Positions 14,241-25,200 of a DNA stretch of 64,000 bases are shown here, one piece after another (positions within the stretch are counted from its first letter, which is position 1; every line of letters begins with the position of its first letter). This DNA comes from Felis catus. Its lineage: Eukaryota. Made by a program: the position numbers and the translations under genes. Where the stretch lies: the NCBI RefSeq assembly GCF_018350175.1, contig NC_058374.1, positions 68,448,001 to 68,512,000 of the forward strand, read 5' to 3'. A model generated the notes under the pieces. That model was not told the origin of the DNA. It saw only the letters and a program-made list of their open reading frames with translations, and ran no database searches.

Positions 14241-15059
14241 TTAAAATGTAGAATAGAAGACATTGGTATATTTTCACCTAGACTAATCCGTGTTCAACTC
14301 CAATAAGCTTCCTCTTACTATTTTCTAGAAATAGTACTTTATAGCAAATGTTTTTCTGAACCAGAGCAGAACAACGAGCACCATAAGTAAATATTCTTTT
14401 TAACATGGCCTTTCATGAGCTGTGTTAAGAATAGATCCGGATAGACTCCTGATATTCCCACGAATCTCTTTTTTCTTTCTAAAATAGAGATGTGACCATT
14501 TGATTATATGTATTATTTATCAATACTCCTAAGATCTTGTTCTCTACCAATGTAAATGATTATATATCCATCAGTGCAATGAAATATTAGTTGTTTTGGC
14601 CTTAATGAAACATCCTTTGATTCTATAGCAAAACTAAATAATTTTCAAATAATTGTTAGTGCCCAAATGCTCACCACTAATGTATCGCTGAAGCTTTTAA
14701 ATAGCTTATGTGTGTTAGCCTAAGCCAGAACTAAACAAAAGAGCTAGATGGTGTCTGTCCGGCAGAAAAATGAATATCTAGATATGGACCAAATTTCTCA
14801 AAGGAGAACTCTTGCATTGTCTAACATAGAAAGGGAGAGGTAGGGGAAAAGACAAGTGTAGGAAAAAAGAAGGAAAAGGACAGAAGGGAGAAACATGCCG
14901 CCTTGTGTTGTCTCATTGTAATGTGTTTTTGTTTTAATGTGACTGAGAGATTTAGTGAAGGATGCTGGAGAAAAGAAGTGGAAAAGAAGTTGAATTCCCT
15001 GGGAAATTCAAAAGAAGTTGAATTCCCTGGGCTCCAGCAGTCACTAGACACCTAGAGAT

Positions 15060-15480
15060 CTGTGATGGTTTGGGGGATGCTGCATCTGCAGGGCTGGCTG
15101 GGAGGCCTCGCCCAAGTAGAGTAGAGAGGCCACAGGGCTCTGAAATCCAGCAAGTTCCGGTGCACAGCGCTGCCTCGGGCACAGGAACGCATCCCTGGTT
15201 CCTGCTTTTGGTCGTTATGTATTTTCAGCTTTTGGGAAGTAAAATGTCTGCTCCCATAAGTGACACATCTTTGTCAGAGTTGTTTGGTTTCTTCCTCCGT
15301 CGCTTCATTTGCTGCAACGCTTTCGGGCCTGTGGGGGCTGGGGAGCGAGCTGTGAATTACTTGATGGTATGTCCTCCAGAGCGAAGTAAGAAGAGCGGCC
15401 TCTTCTGAGTTAGCAGAAATGGGCCCATCCTCACTGCCTCTCTCCTCTGCAGCACTGCTGAGCGGATGTGATCAGAGAGT
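15060..15480. promoter_or_regulatory. GC/CpG-enriched unique segment; candidate alternative promoter, enhancer or 5' exon
   Basis: About 14 CpGs counted in about 360 bp, outside any recognisable repeat, in an otherwise CpG-poor intron. Splice-like signals at 15228/15229, 15366/15367 and 15385/15386. Confidence 0.45.
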
Positions 15481-15890
15481 CACAAATAATAAGATAACTG
15501 GTAACACAATGGAACAAATCACTAGCAGAAAACAAATGTGTGAACAAGATGTGAAGGCTGCTCTTATATTTGAACAGCAAGAAACTCATTAAATGAAATA
15601 AATTACATGTTGTCAGGCTGATGACTCACTGTCCTATTGAAATAGGCAATATTTTGGAGTGAAGGAAAAGATAATGTGGTATGACACAGAGAGGCTCAAA
15701 ATAATGAAAAACTTTTCCTTCTGACTAGAATGTGCATATTCATATCGGAAAACAGAGACTTCCAACACTTAATAAAGTACATATTAAAAATGCTTTAAAT
15801 ATTGCTAGTTAGAATACCCTCTTCTAGACTCTGTTTATAAGCAACAATAATCCCTAACAGAGAAAAGAGCTCTAATAGGAGACAGTCCTT

Positions 15891-16135
15891 TTTTTTTTTT
15901 TTTTTAGTATATATATAATTTATCGTCAAGTTAGCTAACATACAGTGTATAAGTGTGATCTTAGCTTCGGGAGTAGATTCCCATGATTAATCATTTACTT
16001 ACAAGACCCAGTGCTCATCCCAACAAATGCTCTCCTTGATGCCCATAACTGTTTTTCCCTCCTTCCTAGCCCCCCATCCCCCCACCATCAATCCTCAGTT
16101 TGTTCTCTGTATTTAAGTGTCTCTTATGGTTTGCC
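15891..16135 (-). mobile_element. 5'-truncated carnivore L1 3' end
   Basis: Poly(T), then L1 3'UTR (ggagtagattcc...cagtgctcatccc); 15-bp TSD taggagaca(g/t)tcctt at 15876-15890 and 16136-16150. Confidence 0.92.
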
Positions 16136-16539
16136 TAGGAGACATTCCTTGTTACTATTTTTCATCATCGTACCCTCATTTTAAGGAATTAAAGTTAAAT
16201 TTCACTTTGTTTATGGCAAGTGCTTTGGAATAGTTACGGAATGGTCCATTCATTCCTTCATTTATTCATTAAATGTATATGGAGAGACTTCTATGTTCCA
16301 GGCATTATAAAAGCAACAATGAATAAGAATCATGTTCCCTAACCTGGTGGGTCTATGGCCTGGTAGAATAATAAGTTAATATTTATTAAACACTTTCATC
16401 ATAAATATTTCACATGTACAATGTTATGTAACTCTTACAACAGTCTTATGAAATAGTCATTCTTTCCATTTTACATATGAGGAAAACAAGGGTTGGAGAT
16501 TGAGTAACTTATCACAAGCTACAAGCTAAAGAATGGGTG

Positions 16540-16790
16540 AGAAAAGGTGAACTCATAGCAACGGAGAGTAGAATGGAGGCTACAGATGCTGGGGTGTGGG
16601 AAAGGGGAGGTAAAAAAAATCAAGAGGACTGTTGGGTGTCAGGGTCTTAGAGGAGGAGGTCTTGGGGGATTATTATATAATAGGTACAGAGTTACAGTCT
16701 TGAAAGATGTAAAGAGTTACGGTGATAGATGGTGGTGTTGGTTGTGTAACTTAATGTAAGTTATGTGTATTTTACCACAATAAAAAAAAG
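16540..16790 (+). mobile_element. Old L1 (L1M-type) 3' end fragment
   Basis: gagagtagaatggaggcta...gatagatggtggtg...gtgtattttaccacaataaaaaaaa. Confidence 0.7.
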
Positions 16791-16954
16791 CAACAAGACC
16801 TTGTCATTAATGGGGAAACTTTTCATAACAGGTACCCAGGTTCTTTGTACGATGTGCTGTTTGTGAAAACTTTGCCAAAATGAAGATTCTATTACAAAAA
16901 ATCATGAAATTCATTATTTAGTACATTAGTAATTTATCACTAACTGAAAAAAAA

Positions 16955-17148
16955 ATTTAATTTATTTGTTGGGAGAGAAAGTGTGAAAGAGAGAGAGAGA
17001 GAGAGAGCATGTGCATAAGTGGGGGAGGGGCAGACAGAAAGTGAGAGAGAGAATCCCAAGCAGACTCCATGACACCCAATACAGGGCTTGAACTCACAAA
17101 CCATGACCTGAACCGAAATCAAGAGTTGCACACTTAACCAACTGAGCA
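16955..17148 (-). mobile_element. Can-SINE (older; head eroded)
   Basis: (GA)n, gaatcccaagcag, ttaaccaactgagc. Confidence 0.9.
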
Positions 17149-17344
17149 CTTGTAGTAACTTTTAAAAGAAAAACAAACAACCACAAAATCTTATATGTTT
17201 GGTGTATTCAACCATTAGACTTGAATTATGGCCCAGTTCTAATAGCCAAATCTACTAGCATAATTAATTTTGGGAAAATATAATAAGGGTAATGTGTTTT
17301 TGTTAGAACATAGGCACTCATATAGATAAATCTTTAGCAGCTTT

Positions 17345-17547
17345 TCATTTTTTTAAACATTCATTTCTGAGAAACAGAACATTAATGGGGGGAGGGGCAG
17401 AGACCGAGAGGGAGACACAGAATCCAAAGCAGGCTCCACATGCTGAGCTGTCAGCACAGAGCCCGATGCAGGGCTCGAACTCACGAACCGTGAGATCATG
17501 ACCTGAGCTGAAATAGGACACGACCATCTGAGCCACCCAGGTGACCC
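17345..17547 (-). mobile_element. Can-SINE
   Basis: Reverse-complement SINE body ending gagccacccagg. Confidence 0.92.
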
Positions 17548-18741
17548 TACTGTAGCAGTTTTGAATAACTGAGAAAACCCCACTCTAGTTTTAAAAATTG
17601 ATTAATGACATCAGCTTTCATTTTACAGCAAGTTTTGATTAACATTTTCTGACAGAGGAAGTGAGGAAAGCTCTTAGTTGGTGACTTCCCTGGACAGTAC
17701 GATATCCACATGTGGCAGGAGATAAGATGAGTTCTAATTACACAGGATACATGCTCCTATTCATCCCTTCCTAAAGAGAGAAATTTAATGGACCTAAATC
17801 ATAATTTAATTTAATCAGTTTATATTAATATGTCCACCCAAAGTTATATGGGGACTTCCTGAATTTTTGAAACATCTGAGATTGAATTCATGTTTCTTTT
17901 GAGATTCTAGTTACATGGCAAATAAAATATATTTTTATCATAAAAACTGGGTGAGCCAAAATTCCAGCAAGATCTGGCTGAATTCCCCTTGTTCTGTTTT
18001 GACTCTGCCTAGCCATAGTTTCCCACATAGTGTGGTTGTTACATAAGAAGGCAATGTCAAATGATATTCCAGACCTAGAAAATTCTTATGTATTTTACCT
18101 CCAATTTTCTGAAATCACTTGCTCTGTGTGGGCACATTTAATCCTCCTTTAGACCAGCTCTCCTTTCCGAGACTACTTTTAAAGTTAATGAGATAAATAG
18201 ACCCAAATCTCGCTGACATACTTCATCTGAATTATAAACCTCAGGAAAACTTGCACAGAAATTGTTCTTCATTCTTTGCCTCGATTCACCTGATTCTTTT
18301 TCTGTCTGGTCAGTGCTGGTTCCTCTACCCTCAATACCAAACTGCTGTACCATCCCTGGCTCTTAAAGTTGAATATCTGTGAGAATTATTAAGAGTTCGC
18401 AAATCATAACAGTTTATTGATAGGTAAATTAGAACTAGTTAAAATCCAATAATTACTACCACATTAAAGTGTAATGCTTCATAATCTGTAAAATTTTTGC
18501 AGTATATTATCTAAGTTAATATTTACAAAAAAAGAAGTGATTGACACAACAGTTTTGGCATAGTTTATCTGTTNNNNNNNNNNNNNNNNNNNNNNNNNNN
18601 NNNNNNNNNNNNNNNNNNNNNNNNNNNNNNNNNNNNNNNNNNNNNNNNNNNNNNNNNNNNNNNNNNNNNNNNNNNNNNNNNNNNNNNNNNNNNNNNNNNN
18701 NNNNNNNNNNNNNNNNNNNNNNNNNNNNNNNNNNNNNNNNN

Positions 18742-18835
18742 TTTATAGTGAGCTCCATGCCCAGCATGGGGCTTGAACTCATGACCCTGAGATGAAGACT
18801 CTCATGCTTGACCGACTAAGCTAGGCAGACGCCCC
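18742..18835 (-). mobile_element. Can-SINE head (remainder probably lies in N-gap 18574-18741)
   Basis: gggcttgaactcatgaccctgagat...ccgactaagctaggcagacgcccc. Confidence 0.85.
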
Positions 18836-21085
18836 TACCTTCCTTTTCATGAAGAGAATACATCCTGATTAGTGTACATAACTCTGTGAGAAGAAATAAG
18901 ATCTTGATCAAGCAGATCAATAAAATGCTCAAATGTAAATTTTTTAGACAAGCTTTTCAAGATGTAAGCAATGTGTACAGGTTTCAATAATTTCATTTAG
19001 TTCTATCTTTAAATACTAATGATACTGTACATCATAGAAATGAATAGCTAGAAATCTTTCCATAGATCATTTAATTGATTTCCCCGATTCCTGAAGGAAT
19101 ATTCTCTTTTTCTCTCTGCTTAGTAAAAGAAATAAAATTAAAAGTCCAGAAAGTATACAAACTTGTAGTTCTCACTTTCTCACCTACATCCAAGAGAAAG
19201 AAATTGGTTATAAATTGATCCTGGTATTTCAAAATTAACTGTTGATATTTTTACTTAAGCAAGTATATTTTAAACATTTCCTGATGCTAATTTGACCCAT
19301 TTCCACTATATTTTCTCTGTTTTTATGTTTCTCTAAAAGTTGAGAATTCACCTCAACTTTTTCTTGAAATAATTGATTCTTGATTGATTTTTCAGTGCAG
19401 AATAATCTACATACCAAAAGAGAAAAATGGGTTTATCCTGGTCCATGTAGTACCAATAAATATTTTTACCTGTCTCTGGAAATGCTAGAATTCTGGCAGA
19501 TCAGGGTGGGGGTGGTGGGGGGGTTGGTGCTAAATATGATCTTAAAATTCATCACAACTGAAAAAAATAAGTAGAATCCTATGGGTTTTTTTACATGTCT
19601 TTATGATGTAAACAGTTAGTACCATTTTGGTTTTGCTACTTAAGAAAATGTTTAAATATATTTCTATATTGAACATCATAACATTAGATATTTTCTTTTC
19701 AGTATTGTTTTCAGGCTCTGTCTTAATTTAGACTTTACATTCAACTCTAGGTCATGAGAGTTTCCAACGTTATTATACATTGTTTGAAAACGTGATTTAA
19801 TATCTTCCGAAGTTGAAATTACTGTTGTATCCCAACTGAAGGGTCTCTTTTTAGTGCCCTGAACCATGTTGCTGTCCAGGAGAGAGCTCTCAAGGAGAGC
19901 AGAAAGAATTGCTTGGGTTCTGATGTCACCCAATGACTCAAATCTAAGAGTGTAATACCTCCACCGTGATGCTCTCGCTGCCACAGTCAGATCCATTCTC
20001 ACCATGATGTATTTTATGATGCTTTTAATCAAAGTAATTAACGTGTTTTCAAGTTTAATAGCATTTAGGTCCAAACAACTGTTCCATCACACTGATTTTT
20101 GTACACATCTGTGTGCCCACTCAATTGTGAACTTCTTATGGGCAAGCCAACTAAGTCTTTTCTGATTCCTCTATATATATGCTTACTCACAGAGATGGAT
20201 TTGGCACAAAGCTAAATAAGCTTAAGTTGTGGTGTACAGCCTTCACCAGGGTATCCCCAGCACCTCTTGGATGGATCCTCCCCGGTGTTTTCACATGATC
20301 CTAAGTTTTTGCAAAATTTATAAAAGCAAGGTATTTTAATTAGACTACTGCATAGTTCTGTGGTTTACTTTACATTAGTAATTTTTGTCGTCTTGTTCTT
20401 AAATACAGCTTTCCAACTTTTAAAGATTTGGCCCCACAAAACTTAAGATTCTCCCTTGCTGACACATAAGTTTTAATTTGCCTTTTTTTTGAATGAATAA
20501 TAAAGGAGAGGATGATGGATGAGTGTGTTATTAATCAACACATTCCATTAATCAACACATTCCACATAGTATTTGGAAATTAGCATTACTGGCAAAAAAT
20601 GTTCCACAAGCCACCAAACAGGTAATCCTAACATATCACTTTTGTATAATGTCTATGAATTTCCAAAGCTCGTATACAGACATATCTTTAATTGAATCTT
20701 CCTACCAGCCCTTCGCTTAAATTTGATCTTCAATTAAATTGGTCAATATCAAAATGTTTACTACTGTGCTATTTATAGGAAAAGTACTGTTATGCTCAAT
20801 GGTTATAGTTAAAATTGAGTGATTTGCTCATGTTTGTACAGTGTTAAGACTGGGAGGCAGCTGATAACCCTCTGATACCAAGTGCACTCATTTCATACAA
20901 CATGGTGCTTACAAATGTATTTAAATAAACTAAAACTTATTCTATAAACAAGAAAGCTAAAATAAAATAGAATTGATAATATTGTTGACCTCAAATGATG
21001 AACATTCACTTCCCCTTTTTTTCCCCTTATCCTATCTTTTTCTTTCCTTTCCTTCTCTTTTCTTTCTCTTCTGTTTTGGATGTAG

Positions 21086-21215
21086 GTGTTTACTATCCAA
21101 CTGTCATAAAGCTAAAGCTTTTTTGAAAAATCAAAACTAACTTCTGCACCTAAGATGAAAATGTGGTTGCTGGTCAGTCACCTTGTGATAATATCTTTTA
21201 CAACCTGCTTATCAG
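21086..21215 (+). CDS. CNTN1: CNTN1 exon 2: 69 nt of 5'UTR, ATG at 21155, signal peptide [20 protein letters not shown]
   Basis: Long polypyrimidine tract then tgtag|GTG at 21085/21086. Two in-frame TAA stops lie upstream of the ATG. Donor is CAG|gtaaga. The acceptor position is less certain than the coding part. Confidence 0.95.
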
Positions 21216-22242
21216 GTAAGAAATATCCTTTGCATATTCTCCATAAATTATGTCAATGTAATCAGTATGTGTGTATTCACCTTATTAAATCTGGTGCATG
21301 AAGTTAGTATTCATATTTTTTGACATCTGTGTCAGACAAGTAAATTAATACATATTAAAGCCGACCCTATTTTCCTTTTTATTTTCAATTAAAATGTCAC
21401 AAGATTAAATCAATCTTATGTAGTAGTGTGCTGCTTAATGTTTAAAATGTGGCTCTCTGGGAGAGAAAAGTGTCCCTGCTGCGTAACATTTATCAATGGC
21501 TGGGGACTAAATATTACTGCTATACCCAATCTTGACAAATTGACATAATTTTATGTGCCATTGGAAAAGATATACAATAGCTCACCATTATATAGTATTT
21601 TCACCGTAAGGATACAGTACCTTAAGTAACCTCAATTGCATAAATAAAAGTAAAAGGTAGTGAAATAATTAGAGTAATGGGCTTTAAGCATTTGTTACTT
21701 TTGTTTTTAATGAGTTGATTTGTAACTTAATATTCAATTCCTATTACTGGCTGGTGTTGTGAAAAACAATTTTAAAATAATCTACAGTGTGTTCAAGGAC
21801 ATTAAAAACAACAAAGCAGTTTTGAAAGTGCTGTAGTTTTAGGAGAGATACTATACCTCTGTCTTTCAAAGACAACTACAAAGGATTCAGAAATATTTCC
21901 TACAAGGAGAGGGGCATTATATTTTTATCTGAAAGCAACATGTTTTCTAACAATCCATTTTTCTAATACCTTCATTTCATTGCCTTAACTCAGTAAATAC
22001 TTGTTTGGTTATTATTGAGTGTAAGACTTAGGTGGAAATTATTTTTCATTTATCAGTCCCCATTTTTGTTTTAATGATGAACCTGCTAGACATCCTACTG
22101 TACTTTTTGTTTATTATTAAGGAAGTAAAAATGCTATTTTATTTTGGGGACTAGTTTTTATTATGATGACTTCAGAATCCATAAAATATAATAATTCCAT
22201 CAGTGCTTGAGAATTTTAATGACATTGCTATAATGACAGGAA

Positions 22243-22276
<34 letters not shown>

Positions 22277-25200
22277 ACATGCATATTTATATACATATTA
22301 TACAAATATAATAAAATTTTGTGGTAGGATTATTTTGGCTAAGTCTTATTTGTATGAATAAAATGAAGGAATAAACTTATTAGTACTGAAAATTTGTCCT
22401 AATTCTATTGACCACAAATTTTAATGCAACTATAAAATGCAAAGAGATGAAACAAATAGTTGCTAACATGTGAAGATACATCAACCATCATAAGAAACGG
22501 CCAGTAATGTCATTTTATTAACTAGTATCAGTTACTTGAGTAATGTTTCAAACCACAGCTTGAAAAGCTGCTTTGGGATTAAAATTGCTTTTTCTTTTAT
22601 TTTTAGAGTTTACATGGTACAGAAGATATGGTCATGGAGGTAAGTTGATAAAAGAATAAATTTTTTAAATAACTTTTCCAAACGAACCATATTTTATCTC
22701 TAAGCAATTAAATCTATAAACTTAATGGCAAATAAATGTTAGATAACTTGGAGATTCTATAAGATAGTTTATCTGGGGTCATAAAACAACTTGTTTGATT
22801 GCCAAAATGAATGAATGGATACACCACAAACAAATAGGCTATTAGATTATTAGAGCAGATTGAAAATATATTCTAGGTGGCCTTTAGTTTTTCCTAATGC
22901 TTTGTAACAATTTAATGCCATGAAGTTTTGAAGCAATATTTTAAATATTGTAAACACCTAACTTACTTTTGAAATCCTCTTGCTTTGTTGAGAGAAAAAG
23001 AACTCTCAGCAAGTTCTTTAACTTGTTAAAGTTAATGACATTGGAACCTTAAGATACAGTTTAGTTAGGACCCCAAAGATGGTGCAGAGTTTATTGTTTA
23101 TAATTTATTAAGTATAACTAGTGATTCTGCTAATTTAGATTCTACTTCAACCACTGAACATTTCTGGCCAGAAATAGAGGCAGTGGTATACTGGAGAAGA
23201 CAGAATCTAGAGTAAGACCAACTTGGATTTGCATATTCAACCTGGTATTCACTAGAGATTGTGATCTTGTGCAAATTATTGAACTTCTATGAGCTTTGAC
23301 TTTCCCATGTATAAAAATCACATGGTTCTTGTAAAGACTAAAAAAGAATGTGGTGATAGATTCTAGCATAGTGATCTTACATGATAGGTGCTCAGTGAAC
23401 ACACTAAGACTCATAGCTTATAAAAGCTACTGCATAGTGGTAGGAGAATGAAAAAATTAGAAAGAGGCACTGAGCAAACAGTGCTACAACTTGCATGCCA
23501 AATCAACAATATTCATGCTAGAGTGGGTCAGAAGAACTTTCATTTGTAGGTTGCCATGAGGGTTATGGGAAAGTCTTAGCATGAATTCCACCAAAGCCAT
23601 TTTTGTTCCCACCTTGTGAGTTAGGAATCACTGCATGTACATTATATAAAGATCAGTAAGATATGTTTCTTGACTTCAACAACCTTACTGTATACTAGGA
23701 AATAAGTAAGTAGACAACGAAATTATAAGAAAAATATAATGAGCATTTTAAAAGATTTTCCTTGAAGAAAAAAGGAATATTTAAAGATGGGGGTAGTACA
23801 TTAGGAAATCTTGAAGTATTTCAAAAGTTAGAAATGGAGCTAATTCCAAATAAATGATGTGGAACAAAAACAACACAGAGCTAGGGAAATATGGGCTGTG
23901 TCAAGTCAGTGTTTCTCCAAGCATTTCAGAAAACACTTGTTCTACAGGATCTTAGTAGGAATTACATTAGAAAGGACTTCATTGTCAAATAAATTTGGGA
24001 AAGGTTAGTTCATAAAAGTTCAGTGGTTATTGTTAACTTTAAGTAATAAGTATTTATACTATGTATGTAATAAGTATAATACATATATTACTTGCTTAGG
24101 ACTGCTGTAATAAAGTAACTCAACTTGGGTGGCTTATAACAATAGAAATGTATTGTCTCACACTTCCGGAGGCTAGAAGTCTAAAGCAAGGTATCATCAA
24201 GGCCATGTTTCCTCTGCAACCTGTAGGAGAAGGCTTCTTCTTTGCCTCTGCCAACTTTGGGTAGCTTTGGACATTCCTTGGCTCACGGCAGCATGACTGC
24301 AAATGTTCACCTCCATCTTCATATGTCATCTTCCCATGTCTCTTCACATCTTCCCTCTGTGTGTGTCTACGTCTGTGTCTGAATTGCCCTCCTTTTTTTA
24401 AGTTTATTTATTTATTTATTTTGAGAGTGCAAGCAGGGGAGGAGCAAAGGGAGAGAATCCCAAGCAGCTTCCGTGCTGTAAGCACAGAACCCAACGCAGG
24501 GCTCAATCCCACGAACCGTGAGATCGTAACCTGAGCCAAAATCAAGTGTGGGTCACTTAACCAACTGAGCCACCCAGATTCCCCTGAATTTCCCTCTTTT
24601 TAAGTTGCCAGTCATATTGGATTAGGGCTCACCTTTAACCTCATTTTAATTTGATTTTACTTTTGCAATTATCCTATTTCCAAATGTGTTCACGTTCTGA
24701 TGTACCAGGGATTAGGACTTCAACATATCTTTTTGTGGGAGCACAATTCAACCAACAGTATTACACCGAGAGAAAAGTACTGTGAATCTCTGAGGAAAGA
24801 AGAGTTGTAAAATATCCAGATATTCCCAAGCTTATTCACCCACCCAGCTAGTAGTTACTAAGGGAAAAAAAACCTCATTTATGCTGACCAATATCAAGTT
24901 AAATTCATGACTACTAACTTCAAATTAAGAGCTGGTACTGCCCAGCCAACATACTCCACTTCCCCAGTGAATTCATCTCCTCATTTTCCTAGCTCATGTC
25001 AGAGTTGCTTCCCTCTCTTCAAAACTCCAACAGCTCCTGGCTGTCCTTTACTTTCTATTACACAGAAGTGTTAGAGACAATCTCAAAAGAACTTCCACAA
25101 GTTCACCCCACTATATGTAGTTTCCTTCCACATCTATACTCATAGACTGTGTCTTCCTGCTTGTTTTATACATGATCTCACCATACCAAACCCTATACCT

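Noticed and set aside
1-15000. Main CNTN1 promoter or exon 1
   Set aside because: No CpG island or clear first exon; the region reads as repeat-rich intron, consistent with a very long first intron
19504-19527. G-quadruplex-like G runs (also about 59882-59915)
   Set aside because: Isolated and imperfect, with no supporting context
19676-20074. Longest N-free ORF in the track (132 aa, minus strand)
   Set aside because: It starts at TTG, has no recognisable domain and is antisense intronic. By a rough estimate, about one ORF of this length is expected by chance in six frames of 64 kb.
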